A stretch of DNA of 64,000 nt from Felis catus. Taxonomy: Eukaryota. Shown piece after piece: positions 63,770 to 64,000 of this stretch. The notes beneath the pieces were generated by a model. It had not been told where the DNA came from. It worked only from the letters and a program-made list of their open reading frames with translations, and did not search any database. The stretch covers positions 183,088,001 to 183,152,000 of the forward strand of contig NC_058368.1 of assembly GCF_018350175.1 (NCBI RefSeq), read 5' to 3'. Both the position numbers and the translations under genes were made by a program. The first letter of the stretch is position 1, and every line of letters starts with the position of its first letter.

Positions 63770-64000
63770 TTTAATTTTTTAACATAGCATTAACATAACA
63801 ATTAATTGCATATATTTAAAGCTTATGTTTGTTAAGTACACACCAGGGAATCCATCACCATTAAGCAAGTGAATAAATGTATCCATTATCCCCCCAAAGT
63901 TTCTTCATGCCCCTTGGTAATTAACCCTTCCATTATCAAACACTATGCCCCACCCCCCAGTCCATTCCACACAACCACTGACACGTTTTCTATAGATTAT
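63770..64000 (-). mobile_element. L1M 3' end running off the window
   Basis: T-tract then TAACATACAAT…CCCCCAAAGTTTCTTCATGCCCTT…CAACCACTG. Confidence 0.7.

Noticed and set aside
1..64000. Short ORFs in the supplied track outside L1 elements
   Set aside because: They are 60-130 aa, mostly low-complexity or derived from SINEs or microsatellites, many with non-ATG starts. I recognise no protein family or consistent exon chain.

Overview
AT-rich, non-coding mammalian DNA from a cat-family (Felidae) genome, judged from numerous tRNA-derived CanSINEs of the felid SINEC_Fc type and a felid-type LINE-1. I found no protein-coding host exon, RNA gene or CRISPR array that I can support, so the window looks intronic or intergenic. 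The dominant feature is a full-length but inactivated L1 (28673-34921, 14-bp TSD) inserted into an ancient HAL1. Around it are about 22 CanSINEs, several older L1 fragments, L2/MIR relics, a solo ERV LTR, a MaLR LTR and old DNA-transposon MITEs. I cannot support a new biological system. The most interesting signals are atypical retrotransposition footprints: a 29-bp tail-less SINE head with a perfect 16-bp TSD, a short putative 3' transduction tag on the L1, a twin-primed inverted L1 and two composite SINE insertions inside a single TSD. There are also a spaced ~97-bp duplication and a nested palindrome at a (TA)n tract. Repeat family names come from my recall of consensus sequences, not from a database search, and boundaries of old elements are approximate.
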